Shown here in pieces: positions 1 through 13,406 of a DNA stretch of 64,000 nt (position 1 is the stretch's first letter; every line of letters begins with the position of its first letter). The stretch is from Chrysomallon squamiferum (Eukaryota; Animalia; Mollusca). The position numbers and the translations under genes were made by a program. The notes under the pieces are model-generated. The model was not told the DNA's origin and did no database searches. It saw only the letters and a list, made by a program, of their open reading frames with translations. The stretch spans positions 35,154,001 through 35,218,000 of the forward strand of contig CM022665.1 of the NCBI GenBank assembly GCA_012295275.1, in the 5' to 3' direction.

Positions 1-164
1 ACTGTATCACCCACTGTTTCTGATCTGGTTAAAGAGTAAATTTCTAATTCAACCTGATTTTATCTGATTTCTTATGTTCTATTTTTTGTTTATTTTTTAA
101 TTATAATAAACACAATGGTAACAGTATTTTAATCTTGTACATTTGAAATTGCCACCTGTTTGCT

Positions 165-420
165 TTCTCTCACTAATCTAAAACAGCCACACTTTATCTT
201 ACTAAACTAAAATATCTACATTTCATCTCACTAATCCAAATTAGCCTCACTTCATTTCATTAATCTAACATAGTCAATCTTACTAATCTAAAATATGCAC
301 ATTTACCTGTTAATAAAAATTATCTGCACTTTATCTTACTAATATAAAATAGCCACATATTTTTTGCTTTTTTTTCAAATCTCACTAACCTAATTTTGTT
401 TTGACTTGTCTAAAATAGAG
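165..420. repeat. Degenerate ~30-bp tandem repeat
   Basis: Recurring atct(c/t)actaatctaaaatagccacactt units. Confidence 0.7.
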
Positions 421-3063
421 AAAAGTTCCAATGTTGCAGTTATAAAAACCTAAAAGGATAATCAATAAATATTGCAATGAAATTGACAAAACTCTGAACA
501 CAATCTGTTGTATATGAATTATGCTGACATAGTGAAACCCACTGGCTGAGCAAGATGTTATTGTTATTATTCCAGTGACAGATTTCTCTAAATTACCTGA
601 GATAAAAACCTGACCAGCTTGGACTAGTAACAATACAGAGTGGTGCTAATCTACAGTGACAACAATAAACACATTCTTTCAAAGCTAGACACCCTTTGCC
701 TTTAATTTGTGAGCAGTAAATGAATGTGTAGTTAACCCACAAGGAAGCAAGTACTTTGGTACCTGGATGATAAATGAAATTACTTGCACAACTCTTGCAA
801 TGGATGTATTGTCAAATATCTCAGTATTTGTATGTGATGTGATATTTTCTGCTTAGAAGAGAAAAAAGTATATGTTTATTTGCAGTGGAAATTATTACAT
901 AGGTTTGGTTATATTTGATAGCATGTTTAAATATTTTGCAACAATGTTTACACATTTTTTTTCTCTTCAAATTGTATAGAATTTTTATGTGATAACATTT
1001 ATTGTCAAATTTTGTATTCATTTCTTTTGAAAATGTGCAGGAATAGATATTTAGAAATGTTTTTAAATTTTAACATATTTATTATAACTATTTTCAGATC
1101 AATTTTCTAATGCATAAGGTAAATACACTTGAAACTAGCAGTTAGCTATTCATTCATAAAGTAATTTGTATCAGCTTGAAGGTTTTCTGTTTTATAGGTT
1201 CTATAATTATGTGGTTCTGAATATGAGGCTTATGGAAATATTATCAGTAATCAGTTATGTATACTTTAAATATAAGGAAAATAACAAATACATACAATTA
1301 TTAATTACTGTTTCATTAGATATTAACTGTATCAGTTAATAGGAGATGTGTAGAGGAAATTAATTATGTTTTCAAAAGATGTTTATTAGGCGTTTTACCT
1401 CAGCCTTCTGAAAATATTTTACTGGTAATGTGATGAATATTTTTATTCAGGTCTATTAGATTTTTGTATAAAGTATTGGAGTGACTGTATTCACACTAGA
1501 ATCAAATTATTATTATTTTTTTGATTGATTTTAAGGATTTCATTGTTATTTATAATTTCTTTAGTAACTTTTTTTCCTTTTTTTGTTGTGGCTTTTCTTC
1601 TTTTTTTTTTTCTTTTTTTTCAAATTTATGATATACAATATCTAATATATAATAAATCGTAATATTCCAAAGAAATTGAAGATTAATTACCACTGCATTC
1701 AACATAACTGAATTAAATGTAGCTGATTATTTTTGTCTATAATTATCCAGAATTTTAACCATAAATATATAAATATCACAGTACATATATGTCAGTGTAT
1801 AAAAATAATTCTAATAAAAACAGGTGCATTTTAATGGTGTCATTTTCAGTAATTTTAACTTTTTATAATTTTTATAATTCTTTGATGTGAGAGATAAGAG
1901 TTTAAATAACAGCTAGGTGTAAAATAAAACTGGTATTAACAAGAGAGGTGACAGCTGTTCTTTATTCATTTACCAATCAGAATGTTAAGTGAGAGATATA
2001 GGACTGAATCCTGTGACTTTACCTTGGATTAATGGCACATGATTTGCATGAACAGTTTCTCTTTCAACAAAATTTTAAATATATTTTTTTGGTATCAGCT
2101 ATTAGTGACAATTTAACAAAAGTGTATATGTGAAGAGTGAATACTGTTAGAAATTTTAACACATCATGTAATGATTCACTCAGGTGAAGGAAAAAGGAAA
2201 ACAGGTTTCATTTTTCTTTTCAAACTTTTTTTTTTTTTTTTTGCTCCTTCATAAAGCAGAAAACACCAACAAAAACATGCATATTTAAATATTTTAAACA
2301 CAGCTGTACATCATCCATTATGTATTCTAAACCTAACCTTTCAGTTTATTCAATACCATGCTGTTATTTAAATCTCTATGCCATAAAATTACGAATTTAC
2401 AACTTTAAAAATTTGGGGTCTTTTAACATATGTTTACAAAAAAAAAAAATTACTGTTAAAGTTTGGAACATTTAAAATACATCCAGTTGAAAAAACATAA
2501 TATTTTAAAATGTAATATAAACATTCCCACTTACACGTGCATTTTCTAACACTTTATCAGCAACAATTGCTTTAAAAATGTTTTATATATATATGAATAT
2601 ATTACATGCATGTCTTTTCCTTTATATATTTTATGCTGCATTTCCTTGCTGAAGTTTCCAGCTGTGTTGGTTAACAGTGTTCAGTAAAAGTTTGTGTGTC
2701 TGATGCCAAACTTGTTAAAAAAAGCAAGTGGACAATTTTTAGCACATGTTGACATTGTAAATGTGTGTCATCCCAACATTTCTTTTTTTCCTTATTAAGG
2801 TGAATGTTCATTTAGTCAACATGATCTCATTCACAACAGACAGGTGACAGCATGCTGGACTTTCTTTGTGTTATTTTGATGGAGTACTCAGTTAATAGTT
2901 ACACAGACTGATTTAGCAGCATGTTATTTTTTGTCTATTACTGTTGGTCAAAAATTTTATAAAGTTGTTCCATTTAAAAAAACAACAACAATAAACAAAA
3001 CCTGCTAAAACAATAAGAACTCTGCAGTACAAAAAATTGCCTATGATATATTAATTATGTTCA

Positions 3064-3108
3064 ATGATGGAGTGTTCAATACCAAAGATTGTTATCACAT
3101 GTGAAGAG
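3064..3108 (+). CDS. Lmpt: Putative first coding exon of Limpet/FHL-family gene (MMECSIPKIVITCEE)
   Basis: ATG at 3064 with in-frame TAA at 3052; perfect donor GAG|GTGAGT at 3108/3109; phase 0 joins in frame to exon 10705, which has no start codon of its own. Confidence 0.6.
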
Positions 3109-3883
3109 GTGAGTTTAAATTCTTCCTTTTTTCTTTGAACTATAATTTGGATAATTGGATTATGATGTATAACAGGAATATTAATTGTTGATGAATGAAT
3201 ATTTCATTTATGTTCAATGTATATATGACTGTAAATATATTTCACATTAACTAATTATATCATTTGTGTTGATTGAAAGTGTTCTTGGTTGTATGTCAGT
3301 GAATATATTTTATTATTACTGAATGTTTATTTGGTGTTGGTGAAAGAACACAGAAATAGAACTGAATAATAATTTTTTACTTTCTGAATGGATAGGATGA
3401 AGGTGAATGTGTTCATGTTTGTAAGCATAAGACTGTTTATATCATACTTACATTTTACATAAAATTACAAGAAGTTTAGCTGAAAACTGAATTACATTTT
3501 GTCTTTAAATAATTAATATTTGATATTTTAAATAACATTTTTTTAATTTACAAATTACTTATTATTTGAATAACATAATAGTAATTAATATATTTGTTTA
3601 TAATAATCAAATAGAACATTCACTATCACATATTTTAAAAACAATTAAATTGTTACCAAATATTATATTGAAACCAGCCTCAGTAGTGCTGTAGTGTAGT
3701 TAAGCTAATGTCTTAATCCTGAAAAGTACCAGGATCATTTCTTAATGCCAGCTCCTTGTGAAAGCTAATAAGTAACATGTATGACCACTGTGCTCTGTTC
3801 TTCCAGTATAATGTTAACACTATCTGGGTAGACAGTCCTATACTGTGTGCTTGAGACAGGCATGTTTGACCATTTGGTGGATA

Positions 3884-4221
3884 CAGGTACTGGACCAATT
3901 ATCTGGACTACTTGGAGCCTGAGGCATTCCAGATTTCTGGATTTCCTAGTTTTCTTGTACCAAGGCATCTAAATACATAAATAATTAGGTATAAACATTT
4001 TAAAATTAAAAACATAAAGAAAATTGAAGATACACAACTGTGGCAACTCGACATGTAAACAATGCACTGAGTGAATGAATGCCATGCAGCTTGAAAGAGT
4101 AGTTCCAGTCTGGTGAGGACAACACACATACACACAAACTATGAAAATAGCTTCAGGAAAAAACTTCCAGTTTTCTGGTCTTTCCAGATTTCAGGACATC
4201 AGATAATTAGTCCAGTACCTG
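3884..4221. mobile_element. 338-bp non-autonomous Tc1/mariner (pogo/Tigger-like) MITE
   Basis: 22-bp TIRs CAGGTACTGGACCAATTATCTG / CAGATAATTAGTCCAGTACCTG (1 mismatch), TA on both flanks. Confidence 0.85.
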
Positions 4222-4894
4222 TATAAACATGTTCCAGACTGTTAGTATAATTAAATAAAATAAGAATAATAATTCAGCACAAAAAAAAAAAAAAAAAAAA
4301 AAAAACACAGTAAAAATATTAATAATTTAAAGAAAAGATTTTTAAAAAGTATATAATAATAATCATATACATCTAGTAACAATGTCAACCATTTTTAAAT
4401 CATTATAATAATAATAATAATTGTGAAATTAAAGAAAAAATGTAAATTATACCTCTGCATATTCTGTAAATGAATACTTGATATGAAAAATCAAATAATG
4501 TCACTAAGTTTGAAGTAAACACAAATATTTATGAAAACAGTGAAATAGGTACAAAGAAAAGCATACCTGAAAACAAACATAGTTTATATAGCCCAGATTT
4601 TATTATTACCTGCACATGAATTACCTGGATTTCTGAGAAATGAAAGTTATATTTTTCTCATTTACTATTATTGTTAAACAAATATTGTATTTCTAATAAT
4701 TTCACTACGTTTTAGATTTATGTTATTTTTAAAATCTTATATTAATAAAATTTATTTAATTACATGTAGTTTATTTTGGTTTGTTGTTTTCTCAGGGGTT
4801 TGGCAGTTTAATATTCAGTGTTCAGACATTATATTAAATGTTATATTTTTACATATTTTGTTACAGCCCTTCTTTAATTATTTCTGAATAAACA

Positions 4895-4948
<54 letters not shown>

Positions 4949-5471
4949 ATATACAAAATAATGATGAAAAAATGATAATAGTGACTGTTGGAAAACCATT
5001 TATGCATGTAGTTTATCATGTTTATTCAAGGGTTTTTTTGTTGTTTACTTTATATTTATATACTGGCAATATAAATTGTTAGAACCATATAATGTTACTT
5101 TTCATAGAATGACATGTTTTCTTTTCTCAGTAGTGTCAAACTGTTTTAAATCCTTGATAATAAATATGCCATGAACAAAAATATTTAATAAAAATAAAGT
5201 GCATCTATGAATAAAGTCTTGTACCTAGCAAATGAATTTAAAAAAACCTTCAAACTCTTGTGTTTATTACACCTTATGGGGTGATTACTGTCACTGATGT
5301 TGCTTGGGCTTGAGAATGCAGAAAGGAATGTGAACTTAAAAACTCCTTTGTATTTGAGACACTAAATTATTCTTATTAGCAAAAACCTGTATATTAAACA
5401 TTTGTGCATATAAAACATATGTATGTATGTATGTATGTACATATGTACATACTTGTGTGTGTATATATAAA

Positions 5472-6349
5472 CAGGGTGTGTCGGGTATTTGACAAAATCA
5501 CTTTAAAAAGCAGTAAGTTCTGAACATTAATTAAATATCATTCTTGAGCCCCAAAATGGAAGCTTTGATTCCAATACAGGAGATGAAAAGGCATTGCCAG
5601 TTAGCTCTGTTGTCAGAGTCAGCAATCAGAGGTATGGTGAATGAAAATATCAGGTGTAAATCCTATGTTACAGGGCAGTTCATGGCAAAAACCATGTGAT
5701 ATGGATGAAGCTGACCAAACTCAAATACCCTGAGGAACCCAGCAATCTGGTGTTTTTCTCAGATGAAAAAAAGTGAACAGAATGTATATGATCCACTGTT
5801 ATGCACATCTGTAATGATATGTGGAGTTGTGAGCAATCAGGGCCACACCATGTCTCCCTTTTTTTTTGCTGTGGCACCTCATAATCAATGCTGCCATCTA
5901 TATTAGGATACTGTTGATAGCTTGAAGGGGCAAGACTATGGTCCCTCTTGCACAGATTATGCAACATATGAATGGCTGTCCAAAACTTTTAATGATCATA
6001 TTACTGCTGACATTTGGCTTCTTAGTTTTCCTGAATTAAACTCTCTGAAATACTATTTTTTGGATCATTGAGAAGGAGACAAGCATACTCACAATAACAA
6101 GGATTCACTTTAGGCCACTTTCAGGGAAATTATGGCCAACATGAATAAAGAACACCTGATCAACACACGTAATCGTTTCAGAAGCCACAGAGATGCCATA
6201 ACTGAGCCTGATGCTGATTTTATTTAATAAACTTAAGCTTTGTGTATGTAAGACAAGTATCAAATTCTGTAAAAATTCACTGTTTTTTCTTCTAAATATT
6301 TTATGTTTTCATCAAATTAACATTTTTCTCAAATACCTGATGCATCCTT
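5472..6349 (+). mobile_element. Decayed, internally deleted Tc1/mariner-superfamily element (DD37D/maT-like)
   Basis: Degenerate TIRs (cagggtgtgtcgggtatttga / tcaaatacctgatgcatcct, 16/20); transposase relics VFFSDEKK (~5750-5773), IWLLSFPELNSLKYY (cf. WPPSSPDLNPLDY, ~6010-6055) and NRFRSHRDAITEPDADFI (~6170-6225). Confidence 0.75.
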
Positions 6350-6380
6350 CATGTGCATGTGTGTGTGTGTGTGTGTGTAA

Positions 6381-6625
6381 TTATATGCATTAATATAAAA
6401 ATAAAATAAACAAGGACCCACATGCACATACAGAAATATGCCCACACTCACACCCTCACACAGTCATACAAAGTTAAATACAACAAAAAGATATTTCTAT
6501 TTATATATGTGTGTATGATTTTGTATATTTAACTTTGTATGTTTGTGCATGAGAGTGTGTGTTTATTTTTTGTTTTTATTTTTATATTTTTTTTATATTT
6601 TTTTATATTAATGCTTATAGTAATA
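6381..6625. repeat. Degenerate ~240-bp inverted repeat
   Basis: Perfect 16-bp arms CATACAAAGTTAAATA 6465-6480 / TATTTAACTTTGTATG 6526-6541, plus outer gcattaatataaaa / ttttatattaatgc. Confidence 0.65.
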
Positions 6626-7056
6626 TTTTAAACTTACTTCACTGAGAAAGCTGTTAATATTATACAGTATTATTATATTATTTGGAGTGCATGTTCTGGT
6701 GATGGTTCATTTTTTTATGTTTCCATCAAAAAGCAGTTCATGCATGCCTGTCATGAACTTATCCTCTACCTTTACCAGATAATTCTGTCCCTTATAGAGA
6801 GAGATATTATCATAGCCTTGTATATTTGTCCACATATCTGGTTATTTCAAGAGTGGTATTGAACCCATGTCCAATTTGAACACATATCTAGCTTTGTGTG
6901 TAGAAATTTTCATCAAGCAAGCCTTAATTTAATTCATTTGCTTAGATCAATAGATGTCAGAGTAGATTACATCCAGGGTTTATCTGAAGTGATTTCCACA
7001 ATATCAGTCATCAAGAACTGTGATTAATTACTTTGTATAACATGAAGAAAATATCT

Positions 7057-7312
7057 CATTCTCTGTACCATGGACTGCTATGGTTTATAGGCTCCATTAG
7101 TGCTAATAACCACAAAGTTGTCTAAGTTTATCTTTGTCTCACCAATTTTGTGATGTCATTTGATGTTTTTGAACTGAAAAATGAACATTTATTTTGTATG
7201 GTATAAATAAACATCTATCATTCTCTGTACTAATGATGGCTCTATCAATATTAATAACAACAAAGTTTTATAAAAGCTGTCTCTTCCTGACCCATTTGTG
7301 GCATCATTGGGT
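7057..7312. repeat. Degenerate ~160-bp tandem duplication
   Basis: Two copies starting tcattctctgtac...taataac.acaaagtt...tttgtg...tcatt. Confidence 0.6.
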
Positions 7313-8794
7313 ATATTAGAAACACAAGGATAAAAGGAATGTAAATGTACTTTGGGATTGTGACCTCCTTAAACCAACTGTGATGAACTTTATGACTCAT
7401 GCTTTAAAAAAAAAGATGATAGATCTCTTGTTTGTGAGGACCTAAGAGTTACTGTAATATATCAAACTGTGATGATACACAAAACACACTATTTTTTATT
7501 ATGTATACTTATAAAATGTATTTCTATTTTGTTCAGAATACATGTTTAATATGTGGGTGTTACAGTATTTTTTGCCCTCAGGAAATATATTATGAATAAT
7601 ATATAAAATAGGTAATCATTTTCAACACAATTATTTGTGATCTAATAGTGTTTACATTGTTTTTTTATCTGTGTTTGAAAATGAAGTTATCACTGAATAC
7701 AGTACAACATAATTATTATTATATATGAATTATTTAAACATAATTTATATGTGAATTTATGCATGAATTAAATAAACATAACCTTTCATGTATATTTGGT
7801 TCAAATTTAAGTTATATTTGAATTTAATGAACATAATCTTTAATATATTAGTTTCTGAATATGTATTTACATTTGAATTATAAACCAGCATCATCAGTCA
7901 TGTCTGATAATGAAGTCTAATAGATCTAAAAAAAAAAAGACTGTTTTGTTTTCGACATAGAAGGTTTCTGTTTAATAAGATCATAAACAAAATAATTATT
8001 CTTGTTTTTCTTTCTTTTTATGATAATGACCATAGAGAAAGCATTTGTGTATTATATGTTTTTGTACTTTTATTCAGCTTCCTTTAATAAACTGTATTTA
8101 TTTTGTCTCTAATTGCTGGACATGTGTTTTAAATCTCACATTCCTCATGTCTACTTAACTATAAGACATTGCTTTGTTAAATAAACACGGTTTTCTTCAT
8201 TACAGTGTGGATACTAGTTTAAAAAGAATATTTATTTTTCCTGTAAGTGTATGTAGAAAGAGCTTTTAATACCTTTGCTTAGATAAGTGTTTATTTTGAA
8301 ACTAACACTTTCATAAAATAGCCACTCTAAGGTAGGCAGTGTTAAAATCTCTATTTCACATACAACTAATTTAAAGAAGGATTAGACCATAACACTGTTT
8401 CCTAACAAACAGTAATATTACAGTAATTAATTATTCTCAGAAAGGGAGTATATAATTTTTAGTTTGCTTCCATACTGTAAGTGTTATAGAAGGATATATG
8501 TGCATTTTGTATATATATATTTTAATATATATAAAAATCTTAATGTATGTTTGTCATGGACAAAAAAAATTGGATCTATTTTACTGGTTCAAATTATGTA
8601 ACTCAAAATATTGTTTCTGTTAAACAAAGGTAAAAAAAGTTTGAAAAAACTTCTATGCTGTTTTATTTTTTATATCACAGATATGGTTTTTCTAATTATT
8701 TGTATTTCTTTCTGTTTGTGTATGTGTGTTTGTGTTACATGCACACAGAGAGATACCAATTTTTTTATATATTTTATTGTTATTTATTTATTGA

Positions 8795-8849
<55 letters not shown>

Positions 8850-9299
8850 TAAATTTGTATCAAATCACTGATGGGTTTAAAACAATGTCACAATTTTTTT
8901 TCTATGATAATGTTTTTAACAAAATTCTGATCTCAGGGAAGCACTTAATGCAGACACTATTTTTTATTTTTCAACTAACATTTTTTTTTGTCTTTTGACA
9001 TATTTACTGCAATTACCAAAATCACTAATTACATACAACTAGTCTTGGCTGATATGAGTTGTACTGCATTTATTCAGTTTCAGCAGTAGGATGTGTACTC
9101 TGACTTTTCACATTCTCAGTGAGAGATTTTCATTAATGTAAATACAAATGGAATGGCTTGTGATGGTTAAAAAAAACTTGGAAATGCACTTATATCCTTA
9201 ATGTTAGATTCTCTTGAGACCTGTTCATTGTGTAATGAATCATGAATCAAAAGGCTTCAAGTATAACATTTTATTTAGTGACTGAAGATATTGAAATTA

Positions 9300-9570
9300 T
9301 AATCCAGTACTATAATTTCTGTTAGATTTTTTTATCTTGGACTGCTATATGAAGGTTTTATTCAGAACTTGATCCTGGATTGCTATTCCAGTACCTGATT
9401 TTATGTAGGCTTCTTACTGGATTTGTATCCAAACCTAAATTTTATTTAGAAATGTACCAAGGATTTTTTGTTTCCATCTAGGTTTTATCTAGAGATTAAT
9501 ACCGAAATTCTATTTCAGTACTAAATTTTATCCAGAATTTAATACTGGATTCCAAATTTAAATTCCAGAC
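9300..9570. repeat. Degenerate ~40-bp minisatellite
   Basis: Recurring ttttat.(c/t)aga...a(c/t)actggatt..att(c/t)cagtac units. Confidence 0.6.
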
Positions 9571-9976
9571 ACTGTTGTTGTTTTTTTTGTTGTTTTTTTG
9601 CTGTTGTTATTTTTCATCTTGTAACTGGAAATTCTTCTTCCAGAACATGGCATTTTTTAGATTAGACATATTGGAAAGAATAATTACACCTTATAAAATA
9701 TAGAAATAAAAATAACTTGAAATGTTTTTTTTCTCACTAAAATGGCATTTAAAAAAAGCCAGCAGCATTTGATGAAGAATAAAAAAAAGAATTAAAGCCC
9801 ATTAAACTGGCATTTGGCATTTATGATTAATTTCCTTGTATCTTTTCGATGCTTTAGATTCTTTAATAATAATTTTAAAATGCATGTTGCATCAATTAAA
9901 AGAAACATTTAATAAATTACACAGTGTATTAGTTCATTCAGTTTGCTATTTGAGATATACATTTTCCCCACTGAAG

Positions 9977-10077
9977 ATTTAAGCTTTCTGTCTTTTGAAA
10001 GCAATCATGGATTTATCCACAGCAGTCTAAGTGAGTTGGAAGATAGGTCCTACAACAACAATCCCAGAACCAGTGAT
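9977..10077 (+). CDS. Possible alternative 5' exon of the Limpet gene (xLSFLSFESNHGFIHSSLSELEDRSYNNNPRTSD)
   Basis: Open, coding-like frame between AAG| and |GTTTGT; phase 0 exit fits exon 10705, but the phase 1 entry does not fit exon 3064-3108 and no partner exon was found. Confidence 0.2.
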
Positions 10078-10704
10078 GTTTGTAATAATATGTATGTATG
10101 TATGTATAAGTGTTATAATAATTATGCCAGTGTTTGAACATTTTACAGATGTGTACATAATCTTGTCTTTAGAAATCCTTTCACAAATTGGGTATTTAAA
10201 TGTTATTTATTTAATTTCCTTTAAAAGATTGTTTTGTATTAGAGAAACTGGAAAATTCAACTGAATACACTGTTATATGCAGGCATGGATGTAAATACAA
10301 ATAATTTGTAAAAGATGAAAGAGGAAAATAAAGAATATGCAAAAATATTATTTTTATTATTTTTAAAACAGTAAAATAAATAAATAAGTTGTAGTATCAG
10401 GAGTTAGATGTGGATCCTGGATATCAGTAAAAGGTGCAGCTGTTTGAATTACTATGTAGTAGCAGTTGTAACTTTAGTAGTAACTAATAAACTAAAGGAA
10501 ATGGTTGTAGTAGAACAGAAGCAGTAGTATCTGTTTTTGCTATGGTAGCAATAATACTAGTAATAACAGATGAAAGAAGAGGAGGTTGAGAGCAGAGAAG
10601 AAGAACAAAATTCATTAATAAAAGAAACATTAAACAAGAACTTCATTATAATTTTTTTTTTTTTTTTTTTCAGTGAATATTAATATTATATGTTTCTTTT
10701 TCAG

Positions 10705-10793
10705 GACATCATTGTTCAGGAAGTGGATGAAGGTCAGCCATGTTTGTCATGTGAAATTGACAAATGTCCAGGATTTGTCTTTCATGCTTGGAG
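10705..10793 (+). CDS. Lmpt: Limpet exon: Cys-rich region preceding PET (DIIVQEVDEGQPCLSCEIDKCPGFVFHAWR)
   Basis: tttcag| acceptor, AG|GTGAGT donor; G-x-P-C..C..CPGF..H.WR motif typical of Testin/Prickle3/Limpet N-termini; 89 nt, phase 0 to 2. Confidence 0.92.
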
Positions 10794-12210
10794 GTGAGTT
10801 GTTTAATACTTCATTTATCTATCTGTATGAAAAACATATATTTCATCATGGTGAATTGATATTTAAAATAAAAATGTGTAATAATGTTATAATTAAATTA
10901 GAAAATATGATATTTTGAGTGGAGTATTCAAATTGTAAGTCTGATTTTTCACATTAGTTTTCCAATTTAATATCTGAAGTAAATTAATAATTCTTAAACA
11001 CATTGTTCATAATAAAGTGCAACTTATATGATCATTGAATAATAAACATTTCAGCTGATATTTTAGAAATATAATGATTTTATCAGAAAAAGTTGTCATA
11101 AAACCATGGAGTATAAAAATTTAAATTTGTGTATTACACATTTTATCATATATTTCATGTATATAGATTTAAATTGATATATCATATATTTGTTTATTTA
11201 TTTGTTTGCTTAAATTGATGTATTACATGTTATATATTTCATATATGATATCTGAAATACATTACTGATATTCAAGTCCACAAGTTGATTTTTTTAGCTG
11301 AGATCTTTAGATTACCATCAGCTTGTAATACAGTGTTGGCAAGTGGAGCAAAGTTCTTTTTAACAGATTTCAAAAGAAGTGAAAAATGAAAAAGAAAAAT
11401 CATAGATTTCTGCCTTTTTTTATTGACAAGTGAAATGACCAGATTCTCCATCTGCAAGATCTGACATTTCAGATGTAATGTTTTACTGAAGATTTACCGA
11501 TGTCTGTCATTAATAAGGAAAAGGAATCAATCTTTTATGACCATATCTTTATTTCATTTGCCTTGCCATGTGGCCCATGCAGAGCATGAAAATGAGCTAG
11601 GAAAGAGTTAGAATAATTAGTTAGTGCTCATTCAGGCAGTAAAACAGAGTTAGTGTATGTTGTTTTCATTGTAATTGTCTTCTAACTGATACTACCCAGC
11701 CAGTATGGATTTTACTAAGAAGCTGTTAATATTACCAGTTCTGTTAGGTGGAATGTTCACATCTGTACCCACTTGTTATTGCAGCCCACTGCACTAGTGG
11801 TCATTAGTTTCATTATCTTCAGGTTTAAACCCACAGCAGTGCTAGAAAGATTTTTATCATTATTTATTTATTTATTTTATTAGTATAATTTTTTTTTTCT
11901 TTTCTTTTCTTTCTGTATCTATATACAACAATATACTATTCCTGAATAAACATACACAGTCATATAACAATAAGTTTAAATTTAAGCATGAAAAATTTAA
12001 ATTATGGATATCATAATGGATGTATAAAAATGCAATGCAGTACACCATATATTCTGTTACAATTCAATGTACTGTGGCCATTAAAGTGGTCATTATAAAT
12101 ATGTACAGGAGAAGTCACTATCAGTGAAGCAATTACTAAAGAAACACAAGAAGTTAAAATTTAAATCAGGTTTAAAAACTTAGTTCATGGTCAGTTTTGA
12201 ATTGTTTCAG

Positions 12211-12391
12211 AAGCACCTGTGCTAACTGCAAGTGCCCAAGAGAGATGCATGACATTTACAATGAGAACTTTGTCAATGTAAGAGATAGGCTGGGCTGGAA
12301 AAGACAAGATGATCCAAATCTCCAGGTGTCAAAGGAAAAGACACTGAGGGAAGGTTATACCTGGGTTCCACCTGGGTTATCTCATGAAAAG
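12211..12391 (+). CDS. Lmpt: Limpet exon: end of Cys-rich region and start of PET (STCANCKCPREMH...GYTWVPPGLSHEK)
   Basis: CxxCKCPRExH and YxWVPPGL PET signatures; tttcag| and AAG|GTGAGA; 181 nt, phase 2 to 0. Confidence 0.95.
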
Positions 12392-13172
12392 GTGAGACTA
12401 TTCTTAAAACAATTAATTCTGGAAATACCTGGAAACAAAATGGTTATTCAGTATCAGCCATGCATTTTCTTCTATAATGATGATATGGAAATGGGAAATA
12501 TAACAACTGCACTTAATCTTCAATTTGTTTTTCAAGAATATAAATCATTCACAGGAGAAATAAAATATGCTTTGGAACCTATAACTTAATTGTTTCCGCA
12601 ACTGTAAATTTATATCCTTATTATAACTATAATTGTACTTGATTTATTAAACTAACAACTTATGTTTAGCATTAACTGTGACTACTGTTATTTTTATATT
12701 TATTTCCAAAATTACTTGTAGCAAGTCTTTGATGAAAAGGTCTCTTGACATTTACATTTACATGCAAAACTAAAGCCACACCTTTTTATGAATATTGATT
12801 CAGATGTATATTTAAAATAAAAGGTAAAATTTGTTTTCAGACTCCTAGTTTGAGAATTTAAGAAAGAGTACTTAATAGAATGTGAAAATTATTTACAATT
12901 ACTTTTTTTTCTCATTATTTTGAATTAGAGTAATAGAGTAATGATATTCACGTTTTCTTAGCCTGAAAATTTATGAGTAGAGATAGTTTTGTTTTTTTAT
13001 TGATAATTCACATGTATGAAATGATTTATTTCCATGTTGTTTTTTTTTCTTTTTTCTTTTTTCTTTTTTTATTGTTTTCTTTACCTTAAATATTTCAATT
13101 ATTTATGAGTATAGATTGCAAATGTTCTTTCATTGATAATTTACACATGCAAAAATATTTCACTTGTTTCAG

Positions 13173-13406
13173 ATTGAAGAATATATGGATCAGCTCCCAA
13201 ACCACAAAGTGCCTAAAATTGGATCACCTGGGGACAAATATAGAGATATGCAAATTATTTACCAACTGCCCAAACAAGATTTGTCTGAGAACTACAACAA
13301 AAGCTTGCTGGATGAAACTGAAATAAGTGAATTCAAAATATTCAAAGAATTACGAGACCAGATTTCCATGGATATCGGATATGTGAAAGAATCAGAAGTT
13401 CTCACA
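13173..13406 (+). CDS. Lmpt: Limpet exon: PET core (IEEYMDQLPNHKVPKIGSPGDKYRDMQIIYQLPKQD...GYVKESEVLT)
   Basis: PET motifs YMxxLP.KVP..GS.G..YR..Q...QLP.QD; 234 nt, phase 0 to 0; 3' boundary rests on the atypical donor ACA|GTTGAGT (13397 is a weaker alternative). Confidence 0.9.

Noticed and set aside
1098-1118. 21-nt segment between tttcAG| and AAG|GTAAAT (INFLMHK)
   Set aside because: Plausible splice signals but no protein or context support; such pairs arise by chance in AT-rich DNA
8611-8871. Poly-Leu/poly-Ile ORFs (also 14479-14781)
   Set aside because: Translations of (ATT)n microsatellites
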